Source: a virus (lineage: Duplodnaviria; Heunggongvirae; Uroviricota; Caudoviricetes). From it: a DNA stretch of 64,000 nt. The position numbers were made by a program, and so were the translations under genes. Position 1 is the stretch's first letter; each line of letters opens with the position of its first letter. This document shows positions 49,501 to 59,300 of the stretch, in pieces. The stretch spans positions 1 to 64,000 of IMG/VR virus record IMGVR_UViG_2630968933_000007, one strand, 5' to 3'. The notes below the pieces were generated by a model. It was given only the letters and a program-made list of their open reading frames with translations, was not told the origin of the DNA and did no database searches.

Positions 49501-52500
49501 AGTGTATCGGAAATGCTGAACGGAACGGTCAGCGCGAAACGCCTCGCAGAATGGATGGAAGGCAGAATGCCCTCCCGTTACGCGGATACCTGGCAACTGT
49601 TACGCACTCTGCCACCCTCACAGATGGACAAGGCTTCTGCTTATCGGGTGGTATCGGGTGTGTATCAGGCGGCAGGAGGGAAGCGTTACGATCCGCCACA
49701 GAAACTTTATTCACTGCGCAATAAGGACAATAAGGGGACTAACCTCTTTTTCTCGGAAAGCAGGGATGAATTACTGACAAAGGCGAAAGTCTGGTTTGCA
49801 GAGCTGGAGGAAAAGTCACAGGCGAAAGGAGATGAAAAAACGGCACCGTCACCGGATGACAAAATCAGCTTTGACGTTTACCGGAATACCCGTAGTGGCG
49901 ATATTTTTATCGCTTACGGCAAAAACAAAATGCGGGTGAGAGGTGGTTTTAAGTCAGCCAGTGATGCGCGTAAGTACATTGATTCACATCGTGATGAGCT
50001 TGTTCGTCATGTGAAGGAGATGCGGGAGATTTCGCGTGAGGAGCAGCGTAACGCCACCAACCGCGATCGTACCGGACCAGAACGCCGCAAGGGGGATGTT
50101 TCGCCGGAGCAGTTCAGTGATGCGTTTGGTTTTCGTGGTGTGCAGTTTGGTAATTATGTGGAAGGTCCGCGTCGTCAGGCTGATTTGAACCGGGCTTATG
50201 ACTCGCTGCATGACCTGGCTGATGTGCTGAACGTGCCGACAAAAGCGCTTTCTCTGAACGGTCGTCTTGGGCTTGCTTTTGGTGCCCGTGGTAAGGGTAA
50301 GGCGGCGGCACACTATGAGCCGGGTGAGGTGGCAATCAACCTGACAAAAGGTAACGGACCGGGTGCGCTGGCCCACGAATGGTTCCATTCACTGGATAAT
50401 TATTTTGGTCGTTATGATGTTTCCACTGACGGGAAGATCACGTCAGGTGGCGACTATATGACGGAAGCACAGCGTGCCGGGCGCGTATTTAAAGACGGCA
50501 GATATGTTGATGCGGAATATCCGGTACGTCAGGAGGTTTACGACGCGTTTAAAGGCGTGATGAAAGCGATCAACAGCAGTGACATGCCGCGTCGTTCAGC
50601 GCTTCTCGATGAGGTGCGCTCAAAACCGTACTGGTCAACGGATGTTGAAATGGCGGCGCGTGCCTTTGAGCGTTATGTTCAGGATAAAGCGCGTACGGCT
50701 GGCGTGGAGAATGATTATCTGGTCAATATCCGTAAGGCACCTGAGCACAACACAGATAACACCTGGGCTTATCCGACGAATGCGGAACTGGATGGCGGTA
50801 TTCGTGATGCATTCGATCACCTGTTCAGTACGCTGAAAACCCGTAAGACGGACAAGGGCGTTGCGTTTTATTCCCGTAAGGGCGTGACCCGCACACCTGA
50901 AGGCAATCTCATTTCGGATGTTAACCGCAGTGCGGAAGCCAAAGGCAGCCCGGTCCCGCAGGTTGAAGCGGTTGCCCGTGGCGTGATGAGTGGCATTAAG
51001 GACAGTGACCTGAAGGTCCGCGTGGTGAAGTCACAGAAAGAGGCTGAAGCACTGGCGGGTGAATCATTCGACGGTTACGGCAAGGTGCACGCGTTCTATC
51101 GTCCGGATAAACGTGAAATTGTCCTGGTGGCGGATAACATCCCTGACGGGCGGACCGTACGCGAGAAGTTGCGTCACGAGATTATCCACCATGCCATGGA
51201 GCATGTTGTCACGCCAGCGGAATATCAGACGATCATCAAAACCGTGCTGAAAACCCGCGACAGTGATAACGCCACCATCCGTGAAGCCTGGCGTAAGGTT
51301 GATGCGTCCTATGGTAAGGAATCACCGGAAGTGCAGGCGGGTGAATTTCTGGCACATATGGCGGAGAAACAGCCGAATAAATTCGTGGCGGCATGGGAGC
51401 GTGTTGTTGCCCTGGTCAAAGGGGTACTGCGTCGCACGGGGTTACTGAAGCCGACAGAACTGAACGATATCAGACTTGTTCGCGAGACCATCCGTACGTT
51501 AGGCCAGCGTGTGCGGGAAGGTTACACGCCGCGTGAGGATGGCGCTGGCGCATCGTCTCAGTACTCCCGTAGCGGTAAGCCTGATCCGTTCAAAGTGCCG
51601 GAAGGTGAGGGCGAGCGTTATCGTGATGACCTTGCCAGAATGATGAAGTCGTTACGTTCTGGTGCAATGACTGCAAACATCGGGCGTACGCCGCCGGTAT
51701 TGCGCCACCTTGGCGCACCAGATTTGCCGCTGGTTATCTCCCGCGACACTGTGCGGAAGGCTACCAATGGCGTGAAACATGTGGTGCCAATGGATGTTAT
51801 CGAGAGACTTCCGGAACTGATGCACGATCCGGATGCAATTTACCGTTCCGCGACAGAAAGAAATGCGGTTGTGATGCTGCTTGATGCCATGGATAAAAAT
51901 GGTGATCCGGTCGTCTCGGCAGTGCATATGAAGGCGACAGATAAACGTCTGGAAATTAACAAGGTGGCATCTGTTTACGGTACGGAAAACGGGAAAAAGC
52001 TGAAAAGTATGGAAATGGCTGGATTAACGCTTTACCGGAAGGAGAAATTAAGCCGCGATAACCCTCAGTACAGTGGGCTCCAATTGCCCAAAGAGGAGCG
52101 TTCTTATCGCGGCTCTGTAGATAAAATACTCTATCCTGAAGATATTCGCAAGGGGCCGTATTACTCCCGTACCAGCAGTCTGACACCGGAAGAGACAATT
52201 GCATCGCGTTTTGTGCGCCAGATGCAGGATAAATTCCAGGTGCTGAAAGCTGTTCAGGAGAATATCCGTAAAACTGGCGGAAAAATAGACGACAGTAACA
52301 ACGCTTATATGGCGGAAGAACTCTTCCACGGGAAGGCGGAAAACGACCTGAACGTGATGAAGGAGCGCTACGTTCAGCCACTGGCTAAATTACTGGCGGA
52401 CTACAAAATTGCGCAGGCCGATCTGGATGAGTACCTCTACGCCCGTCACGCGCCGGAACGTAACGCGCATATTGCGAAAATCAACCCGAAAATGCCGGAC

Positions 52501-54906
52501 GGCGGTTCGGGGATGACCAACGCGGAAGCGGCGGAAATCATGCAGCGTGTGCGTAACAGTGGCAAACAGGCACAGTATGACCGTCTGGCAGGGATTGTTG
52601 ACGATATGCTGGCCCGTCGCCGTGAGCTTATCCGTGAGGCCGGACTGGAAGAGAGCGGTGTGGTGGATGCCTGGCAGAACGCCTACCGTTACTACGTTCC
52701 CCTGAAAGGTCAGGATGTTGACGGTGTGGTGTCACTGCCCCGTACAGGTAAGGGCTTCACCATCGGCGGACGTGAAAGCAGGCAGGCCATGGGGCGTGCA
52801 TCCCGCGCACAGTCTCCTTCCACTCAGGCGATACAGGATTTGAGCGAATCGCTGATCCGCCATCGCAAAAACGAAGTGGGTAACGCCTTCCTGAAACTGG
52901 TGCAGGATAATCCCGATAAGGATTACTGGCAGGTATTCACTGATGACAAACCGGACACCATGCGGGCGATTGCAGAGCGTGTTGATCCGGAAACCGGCGA
53001 AACCCGTCGCGAAGTTGTTGAACGTCCGGTGCCTATGGCAATGATGGCGGATCGCTACTTCACCACCAAAAAGGACGGCAAAACTTACTACATTAAACTT
53101 CATGATCCGCGCCTGATGCGTGCGATGAAGAACATGGGGCCGGAAACCAGTAACGCCGTAATCCGTACGCTGGGGAAAGTTAACCGTTTCCTGGCAACGG
53201 TGAACACGTCGTATAACCCGGAATTTCTGGTCAGTAACTTCATCCGTGACGTGCAGACGGCGGTGATGAACCTGAAGGCGGAGCAGGGAAGGAGCGACGG
53301 TAAACTGAAAGGGCTGGATAACTTATCCGCCCTGGCTGTAGTCAAAGACAGCCGTTCTGCAATGTCAGCCGTGTACGCCAGTCTGCGTGGCAAAACCCTC
53401 ACGGGCAAAGGCGCACAGTGGCAGAAAGTGTGGAAAGAGTTTGTTGAGGACGGAGGTAAAACCGGCTGGTTTAACATGGGTGACCTTGAAGGCCAGAAGA
53501 AGGAAATGGATCGCCTTGTATCGCTGGCGAAGGGAGGATGGAAAGGCCAGAGTATCGGTGCATGGCATTCGTTCCTGAACCTGGTCGAGGATGCCAACGG
53601 CGCGGTTGAAAACGCTCTGCGTCTTTCTGCCTATAAACACGCCCGTGATGCCGGTTTGTCACGCCAGCAGGCGGCATCTCTTGCCAAAAACATGACGGTG
53701 AACTTTAACCGTCGTGGTGAGCAGGGAGCGCTGATGAACTCGCTGTATATGTTTGCCAACGCCAGCATTCAGGGGACCGCAAACCTGGTGAGAACGCTCG
53801 GACATCTTAATGGCGACGGGCCGTTACCGGAGCGCCTTCGCTGGAAGAATCTCAATGTACCGCAGAAAATCGCGCTTGCAGCTGTGGGAGCGGGTTATCT
53901 GCTTGGCTCGCTTAACCGCAGTGTTGCGGGGGAGGATGATGACGGGGTTAACTGGTACGACAAGGTGCCGTATCATGTGAAAGAGCGTAACCTCGTCATT
54001 ATGAAATCGATGTTCGGGGGCAGGGCCGGAGAGTACTGGAGTATTCCTCTGCCTTACGGGTACAACGTTTTCTTCCTGCTCGGGCATACCTCTGAAGGTG
54101 TGGCTGCTGGTGACCTGACGGCGTCCCGTGCTGCCGGTAATGTTGTCGGTGGTATCCTGGGGGCATTCAGCCCGATTGGCAGTGAGACGTCGGAAACGCT
54201 GTCCGGGGCATTGCTGAAAAATGCAGCACCGACAATTCTGCGTCCGTTTGCGAATCTTGCCATGAACGAAAACTTCATGGGGGCGCAGATTTACCAGGAG
54301 AACATGCCGTTTGGTACACCAAAACCTGACAGCCAGCTGGGAAGACGTTCAACGCCAGAAGCGTACAAGGCGTTTGCATCCTGGCTGAATGCGTTCTCAG
54401 GTGGCAGCCAGTATCGTCCCGGCGCGGTGGATATCACACCGGAATCGCTGAAATTCTGGATTGACTATATCTCCGGAGGGACAGGGCGCTTCATTTCCAA
54501 AACCACAGATGCGGCGGTGAAATCGCTGAACGGTATTGATATACCGGAGCAGCAGGTGCCCTTCCTGGGGAAAATTTCGGGTGAGGTGATGCCGTATGCA
54601 GACCAGCAGAAGATGTACGACCGGATGACAGAGGTTGCGCAGTATCACGCAGAGCTGAAGAGTCTGACCGGTGCAGAAAGAACGGCGTTCATTGACGAGA
54701 ACAACGGAAAATTGTTGATGAACGGGCTTATGCAGGATACCCGGAAGAGACTGAAGGATTTGCGCAAACAGCGCGATGCCATTTATGCCGACAGTTCTCT
54801 CAGTCTGGCGCAGCAGGCGGCGATGGTGAAATCGGTAGAGCGGGATATGAAGGTTGCCGTGGATCGCTTTAACCGCGAGTACAACAAAAAAGTGGGAGTG
54901 GATTAA
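46540..54906 (+). CDS. Giant 2788-aa protein (putative virion-associated/ejection protein) with HExxH motif
   Basis: Single uninterrupted ORF; HEWFH at residues 1279-1283 (nt 50374-50388); terminator 46513-46537 upstream. Confidence 0.7.
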   Translation: MAYSDEQRPEAQFGNQNRNSLNIQQPGETDRYDAFFSDPNRWKDNSTSFSLGDVLPTMGKGVAQSVRGAGEMARGLGDAMIQSPVKTGARILNEFSRMGLPGVATVQDIFVGGSKGADEVIDTLPDGKNAVTDIVGKGLKVTGKAVSGGAKASDEWLTGKMSPGALRALNTPMTEGYDDSAVWVAKGVNLIGALVPDMVAGGVTKKLGEVTLRKMLTAGLEKKYIAAGMQPERATALAAEAVDKKMPDLFQAGLITHSSASAQGQSAMAAADSVLNADYSELAKSPKFQQMFLSIDADPQHAQLTDRQKMDLAKERVADEVRAQLATDPELLAVNAMAAKLGDAQLLNLAMRGTAKTVKSGIVRNATEQGTINAAQGGYSRYQENTALRETAGMDVSPWEGVADATIEGAALGAAMGAPFGAVAGYRGKRQAAEETAMREAEVVQQGEAAPQPEPADPVAQHRESMQGMNREQLLEQYADADMAHEGDTSAVHRREAASQLLNELDEQAKRQAVMDELKAKPRPELLEEYRKLSLKEGRTDTEEQQLQAIRDVLRPQQEARPEAQPQPENADDGDGSIYPTVRFRDPDEVRIEINGSGASRPAERIEKVRPDNRYFTDEKSALGSDVFRNASATGLKPSVVKKGENQYAVEMDNPAFSEDVATETINTLADGERIADAEPMEQPAFMRDPRFRGFTGDDTEVQARLARGNAPTAEELVRSQMAEGDAGPTAQELTERPRLPAPGDIHPGQGYPLPGEVARTPDENQAGRGGRFTTTGEVKGQSFQKGRAQAPENAAGRRGEILEGEPVRRGLPSPDEQNATAPVREGLPAPESQRGVDMPQPESLPRMVRDSLPELAQQAEARRQTGDNRQTITDVPDTEVPMPVDKPSTHQQARGAKIEDFGEEIKGAAKHRYAQLAETLGKTLEDRDYFTQPLSKVFPKPDYAKLANEGADADTLAMIALYRSDIPAKTKHNTAGWGESVKKVRHSVSEMLNGTVSAKRLAEWMEGRMPSRYADTWQLLRTLPPSQMDKASAYRVVSGVYQAAGGKRYDPPQKLYSLRNKDNKGTNLFFSESRDELLTKAKVWFAELEEKSQAKGDEKTAPSPDDKISFDVYRNTRSGDIFIAYGKNKMRVRGGFKSASDARKYIDSHRDELVRHVKEMREISREEQRNATNRDRTGPERRKGDVSPEQFSDAFGFRGVQFGNYVEGPRRQADLNRAYDSLHDLADVLNVPTKALSLNGRLGLAFGARGKGKAAAHYEPGEVAINLTKGNGPGALAHEWFHSLDNYFGRYDVSTDGKITSGGDYMTEAQRAGRVFKDGRYVDAEYPVRQEVYDAFKGVMKAINSSDMPRRSALLDEVRSKPYWSTDVEMAARAFERYVQDKARTAGVENDYLVNIRKAPEHNTDNTWAYPTNAELDGGIRDAFDHLFSTLKTRKTDKGVAFYSRKGVTRTPEGNLISDVNRSAEAKGSPVPQVEAVARGVMSGIKDSDLKVRVVKSQKEAEALAGESFDGYGKVHAFYRPDKREIVLVADNIPDGRTVREKLRHEIIHHAMEHVVTPAEYQTIIKTVLKTRDSDNATIREAWRKVDASYGKESPEVQAGEFLAHMAEKQPNKFVAAWERVVALVKGVLRRTGLLKPTELNDIRLVRETIRTLGQRVREGYTPREDGAGASSQYSRSGKPDPFKVPEGEGERYRDDLARMMKSLRSGAMTANIGRTPPVLRHLGAPDLPLVISRDTVRKATNGVKHVVPMDVIERLPELMHDPDAIYRSATERNAVVMLLDAMDKNGDPVVSAVHMKATDKRLEINKVASVYGTENGKKLKSMEMAGLTLYRKEKLSRDNPQYSGLQLPKEERSYRGSVDKILYPEDIRKGPYYSRTSSLTPEETIASRFVRQMQDKFQVLKAVQENIRKTGGKIDDSNNAYMAEELFHGKAENDLNVMKERYVQPLAKLLADYKIAQADLDEYLYARHAPERNAHIAKINPKMPDGGSGMTNAEAAEIMQRVRNSGKQAQYDRLAGIVDDMLARRRELIREAGLEESGVVDAWQNAYRYYVPLKGQDVDGVVSLPRTGKGFTIGGRESRQAMGRASRAQSPSTQAIQDLSESLIRHRKNEVGNAFLKLVQDNPDKDYWQVFTDDKPDTMRAIAERVDPETGETRREVVERPVPMAMMADRYFTTKKDGKTYYIKLHDPRLMRAMKNMGPETSNAVIRTLGKVNRFLATVNTSYNPEFLVSNFIRDVQTAVMNLKAEQGRSDGKLKGLDNLSALAVVKDSRSAMSAVYASLRGKTLTGKGAQWQKVWKEFVEDGGKTGWFNMGDLEGQKKEMDRLVSLAKGGWKGQSIGAWHSFLNLVEDANGAVENALRLSAYKHARDAGLSRQQAASLAKNMTVNFNRRGEQGALMNSLYMFANASIQGTANLVRTLGHLNGDGPLPERLRWKNLNVPQKIALAAVGAGYLLGSLNRSVAGEDDDGVNWYDKVPYHVKERNLVIMKSMFGGRAGEYWSIPLPYGYNVFFLLGHTSEGVAAGDLTASRAAGNVVGGILGAFSPIGSETSETLSGALLKNAAPTILRPFANLAMNENFMGAQIYQENMPFGTPKPDSQLGRRSTPEAYKAFASWLNAFSGGSQYRPGAVDITPESLKFWIDYISGGTGRFISKTTDAAVKSLNGIDIPEQQVPFLGKISGEVMPYADQQKMYDRMTEVAQYHAELKSLTGAERTAFIDENNGKLLMNGLMQDTRKRLKDLRKQRDAIYADSSLSLAQQAAMVKSVERDMKVAVDRFNREYNKKVGVD

Positions 54907-55056
54907 CAGAAATGGCCCCGTACGGAAGTGCGGGGCTGATTAAGAAATAAACACACATTAACCTGTAATAACCGGAGCTATTAACATATAGTCAGAAAGA
55001 GTATTTCATGTGAGACAGAGAGCCGATTTATGTTTAATGAAGAAAAAGTTGCGTAA

Positions 55057-55581
55057 ATGGCAGCGTATTTGCTGAAAAAACATGGCGGATCTATGCGTTT
55101 CATTAAGCTGATGTATCTCTCTGACCGCAAAGCAATGGAGTTGTATGGTTTTCCCATTAGTGGTGATCATTATTTCTCTATGAACAAAGGACCCGTTTTA
55201 TCGCAGACATATTCTTTGGTTAAGGATGGAAGTGAAAACGAGTACAGTCCGTGGGAATCATGGATATCTGATGTAGCGGATCATAAGGTTGAAATGTGGC
55301 GTACATTTTCTTCTGTTGATGAGCTGGGGGAGTTATCGCCCGCAGAAATAGAGTCAATGGACATAATTTTTGGTCAATATGGAGGTTGGGATGCGTTCAG
55401 GCTTTGTGATGAAACTCACAGAATTTGCGGTGAGTGGCGCGATCCGCATGGTTCATCAATTCCAATCAGCCTTAAGGATATATTTATTGCTCTTGGAAAG
55501 TCGCCAGAAGCAGCAACAGTAATGGCGAATAGCATTTATGCGCAAAATAATCTTGATATATTATTAAGTGATCTGAGGTAG
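55057..55581 (+). CDS. Panacea-domain (DUF4065, SocA-like) protein
   Basis: 174-aa ORF ...FIKLMYLSDRKAMELYGFPISGDHYFSMNKGPV... pattern; in-frame MFNEEKVA-stop directly upstream. Confidence 0.55.
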   Translation: MAAYLLKKHGGSMRFIKLMYLSDRKAMELYGFPISGDHYFSMNKGPVLSQTYSLVKDGSENEYSPWESWISDVADHKVEMWRTFSSVDELGELSPAEIESMDIIFGQYGGWDAFRLCDETHRICGEWRDPHGSSIPISLKDIFIALGKSPEAATVMANSIYAQNNLDILLSDLR

Positions 55582-55669
55582 TCGGGATGATGTTCAGCCC
55601 TTATTTGTATTTACCGGGGAGGGAAGATGTTTAATTCCGATTCCCCGGCTCCACAGGCCTAACCTAACT

Positions 55670-56314
55670 TTATGTAACAGTCCATGCAGGGCTGAAATCT
55701 GCCTGCTGAAATAACTCCGTTAGCCCGCTAATCTGCTTTAACCTCAGAACTTCATCCTGGTCCATCCCCAGTTCTGTTCCGATACGTTCATCAGTCCAGC
55801 CAAGACGTGAAAGATCTCTGACAATATCAGACATTGAGGTTATCTGGTGTTTCCCCCTGGCTCTGTTATGTCGGATAGTCGCGGCAATACGTGAGGTTTG
55901 TCCCTTTCGGTCTGGATTAATACAGGTTACTGGTAGCCAGCCTTTCAGGCGTTTTCCAGTAACTGTTCTTCTACCTAGTAACTGCCTATGAAAACCATCC
56001 ACCACCAGGTAATGGCTTGTTTCTTCCGAAACAACAATTGGTTGAGTAAAACCGTCTTTTTCCAGAGATTGTTTCAGTAATTTTTTTTCGCTTGGGGCCA
56101 TGACATTGGGATTATAATCGTTAGCGACAATTTCATCCGCTTTTACCCACAGCACACAGTCCACTGGTTCTTGAGCAAAGGGGCTGATCTCATGGAGTAC
56201 GCAGCGGAGATGGTTCAGGGCCTGTATGGTTTTCTCTTCAGATTGTTCCTGACTGAAGTACTGTCGAATCATCTTGCTCAGCACCTCCACCTCTGGTGTC
56301 ACAGAATTCCCCAT
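55670..56314 (-). CDS. ibrB: IbrB-like ParB/Srx-type nuclease-domain protein
   Basis: 214-aa ORF with ParB-like motif region ...QPIVVSEETSHYLVVDGFHRQ...; overlaps ibrA-like gene by 16 bp. Confidence 0.65.
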   Translation of the reverse strand: MGNSVTPEVEVLSKMIRQYFSQEQSEEKTIQALNHLRCVLHEISPFAQEPVDCVLWVKADEIVANDYNPNVMAPSEKKLLKQSLEKDGFTQPIVVSEETSHYLVVDGFHRQLLGRRTVTGKRLKGWLPVTCINPDRKGQTSRIAATIRHNRARGKHQITSMSDIVRDLSRLGWTDERIGTELGMDQDEVLRLKQISGLTELFQQADFSPAWTVT

Positions 56315-57525
56315 TCCTTCCTCCTTTCATTCATACGCTGCAGGTAACGTTCATAGTGCCGGGGTTTGTTGGGGCTGAAGGAGAGCGTTCGGCACCAGAA
56401 ATCATTCTTTATGAGAGTCTTACAAATACGTCGCCAGGAGGGAACATCCCGGCAGCCCAGATCATTTTCCTGTTCATCCGGGATATCATCCGGGAATCCC
56501 CGGTTCTGATACCAGCGCAGGTAAACTGCTATCTTGTTGCGGTAGTGTTCAGCCGTTCTTTCCGGCATTACGTCCAGCAGGAAGAACGCATAGCTGCGCC
56601 AGGTATGATGGGATGGTTTTGACATCCGTTTACGCAGGGCAAAATAGGCCCCGCTTTCATTGGCATAAAGAGCCCCACTGGCAGCACCAGATACTCGTTC
56701 ACACATCCGTGCCCAAGTTTCTGGCTCCAGAACATGATAAAGCCATAGTCCCTTACGCTGTTCCGGGCCAAAAGGCTCACAGACACGCATATTACGTAGA
56801 GGAATGCCTGCGCGGTACATCAAATCATACAGAGGATTGTAGATTGCACAGGTTTTAGCGTTATATACCCAGATATCGTTGGTTTTCCAGTCATACAGCG
56901 GATACATGGTGTAGTAAAAACCTTCAGGTGACGCCGTGGTCCAGGGTTTATCATCTGCATATCTCAGTTTTCGTTGGGAAACCAGTCCCATAAATCTGTT
57001 AAGAGATTCATCCGCGCGGACTCCAGTCAGTATTGCCACGCTACATTGGTTACTTGCGAACCAGGAAGAAAAAGCCGGGACAAATTCTTCAAAAGTCATG
57101 GCGTAGCGGTAAAAGGGGAAATACGCCATATCAGTAATAGCATCTTCCGGTGGCTGTCGAACCCACTCTACACCGGGCTCCCAGCATATCCACTCAGGCT
57201 GAAACTGCGAGACACCATTTACTGTCGTCAGGGGAAGTGCAACCCAGTAAAAGGTATCTGTTACATCTTGGTACATCATCCGCATCTTCTGTATATGATC
57301 AATGGTGCATTGATACTGGGCTTCCCAGTCAATGAACAATACAGAAAAACGACGTTTCTTCCTGTAGGCCACTTCGGCTACAAGATGGAAAAGTACAGTG
57401 GAATCTTTACCGCCAGAAAAAGATAAACATACAGAAGAGAATGTTTCAAACAACCATTCAATGCGGTGAATGGCTGCTGACAAAACATCTTCTCCAGTTC
57501 TGATTTTTGTTATAGTTACCGGCAT
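56299..57525 (-). CDS. ibrA: IbrA-like PAPS-reductase-family (PP-loop ATP pyrophosphatase-like) protein
   Basis: 408-aa ORF with PP-loop-like SFSGGKDS motif near N-terminus. Confidence 0.65.
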   Translation of the reverse strand: MPVTITKIRTGEDVLSAAIHRIEWLFETFSSVCLSFSGGKDSTVLFHLVAEVAYRKKRRFSVLFIDWEAQYQCTIDHIQKMRMMYQDVTDTFYWVALPLTTVNGVSQFQPEWICWEPGVEWVRQPPEDAITDMAYFPFYRYAMTFEEFVPAFSSWFASNQCSVAILTGVRADESLNRFMGLVSQRKLRYADDKPWTTASPEGFYYTMYPLYDWKTNDIWVYNAKTCAIYNPLYDLMYRAGIPLRNMRVCEPFGPEQRKGLWLYHVLEPETWARMCERVSGAASGALYANESGAYFALRKRMSKPSHHTWRSYAFFLLDVMPERTAEHYRNKIAVYLRWYQNRGFPDDIPDEQENDLGCRDVPSWRRICKTLIKNDFWCRTLSFSPNKPRHYERYLQRMNERRKEWGIL

Positions 57526-57693
57526 ACAATCTGATAAAAATAGCGAGGGTTTGCATTTTACCTAGTAACGTTATGTAACTATTTTTTTGAATAAAGGCAA
57601 TGAGATAATGATAAAAAATGTTTATCTAATGTACTGAGCTCTTCTCTTTATTGTATTAACTCTTCGATTTCAGCGGCGTTGTCGTTCAGGTAT

Positions 57694-57714
57694 AAAAAAA
57701 GGAGCCGAAGCTCC
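57694..57714 (-). terminator. Intrinsic terminator after ant (same hairpin as 15143-15162, inverted)
   Basis: ggagc-ttcg-gctcc + T7 on minus strand. Confidence 0.65.
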
Positions 57715-57721
57715 TTTGGTA

Positions 57722-58351
57722 TCAGAATTCAAATTGTCTTGCCCGCAGGCTTTTCAGCATTGGTCTGGCCCGCTGAACTACGAAACTCGACTGGTCAAGC
57801 CGTGCCGCCTCTCTCAGTAGCACATCTCTGTTCTTCGTCACCATGTAGATAGTCTCAAACGCAATGTCATACAGCTTGTTCGTGTATGAGGAGTTCAGCT
57901 CTTTCATTATGGGGTACAGCTGCTTGCTAAGGTCCTGGGCTTTTTCCATCCAGAGCTGCATGTAGCAAAGGAGGATGATTTCCTCGGCTGTGAATTGCGG
58001 CTGTGGTTCTGCTTGTACTGGCTGAATGTTGCGAAGTTTCTTTTCGCACTCGATGAAGTAGCGGCGGATCTGGCGACCTTTTTCGTTACGTTCAACCATC
58101 GCAAGCTCTTTGGCTGTGTCGAGGGTGAGGTGGTAATCCTTGCGGCGGCGGCCTGGAGTTTTCGCCAAATTTGGCGAAAATAGAATGTAGTCTAAATTTT
58201 CTACGAATCCATACTCGTTTAGCCTGGCCCGTATCCAGTTAGAAAAATCTTTACCTACCTCTAAAAATCCATGCAAATCACGCGCGTTCACCAGAAGCGT
58301 AGGTTCATTTGAGATTGTACCTTCAAACACAGGGATGAGTTGAGTGGTCAT
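57722..58351 (-). CDS. Antirepressor, AntA-like N-terminal domain + C-terminal domain shared with 14464..15135
   Basis: Start MTTQLIPVFEGT with SD aggagg; ...DFSNWIRARLNEYGFVENLDYILF... AntA-like. Confidence 0.7.
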   Translation of the reverse strand: MTTQLIPVFEGTISNEPTLLVNARDLHGFLEVGKDFSNWIRARLNEYGFVENLDYILFSPNLAKTPGRRRKDYHLTLDTAKELAMVERNEKGRQIRRYFIECEKKLRNIQPVQAEPQPQFTAEEIILLCYMQLWMEKAQDLSKQLYPIMKELNSSYTNKLYDIAFETIYMVTKNRDVLLREAARLDQSSFVVQRARPMLKSLRARQFEF

Positions 58352-58600
58352 GATGACCTCCTTTGGCTTTTTTCGAGAAATGCCACCACAAGATGTGGTG
58401 CCGGGAGGCTCGAAACGGCCCAAAAGATACCGCGGACTTATTCCCCTTGCGGGTGTTGTATTCGTCGCCCTCCCGACATTGATCGGGGATGTGACCGCAC
58501 ACTGTGCTATCACTGAATAACAGGCATAAAAAATCCAACACTGACGGGGTTGGTTTAATCCGCTTTTGGGAGGTTTTCGAGGCCTCGGCGCGGAGTATAG

Positions 58601-58885
58601 TCAGTATTGGACGCAGTCGTCAACCATCGCAAGCTCTTTGGCTGTGTCGAGGGTGAGGTGGTATTCCTTGCGGTTGTGACCGCCTCTACCTTTTGCTTCC
58701 CGAATTTGGGAAGCAATCATATAGTCCTGATTTTCAACGAAACCATATTCAGCAATACGTTCTGTTATCCACGATGCAAAGCGTTTACCAACCCCAAGGA
58801 AAGCGTGTAGATTGCGAGCATTGCATAGAAGGGCTGCTTGGTTTGAGATAGAACCGTTGAATACGGGGATGAGTTGACTGGTCAT
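58601..58885 (-). pseudogene. Truncated second AntA-like copy (N-terminal 94 codons only)
   Basis: MTSQLIPVFNGSIS... with identical SD; homologous to 58086-58351 but ends prematurely. Confidence 0.5.
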
Positions 58886-59300
58886 GATGACCTCCTTATT
58901 TGTTTAGTTTATAACCGCCAGTTAGTAGCTGGCGGTCGGGTGTCAACTGAGCCAAATAAGAAGCTCTGGGCATATTCCCCTTGCGGGTGTTGTATTACGC
59001 CTCTCCACCCGACCTTTGTACGGATGTAACTATGCCAAATTGCAGGCATAAAAAAGCCGCAAAGCTATCGGGTGCGGAGACCGCTTATTTGTTCAGTGCG
59101 ATCAGTATGCGATAGCTCTGGCGGATTTGTCAAATCGTGCAGTAACATCCTTTTCTTCCTTGCCATTTCTCAATGATGACAAAGGGTGGATTCGGATTGG
59201 TATTGGGACAAAAGTGAGACACACAAAGCTTTGCATCGGCTTACAAAGCTTTGCATGTTTTTCAATGTTGGGACGTGTGAGCGCAGAAATGACGGGCTAT

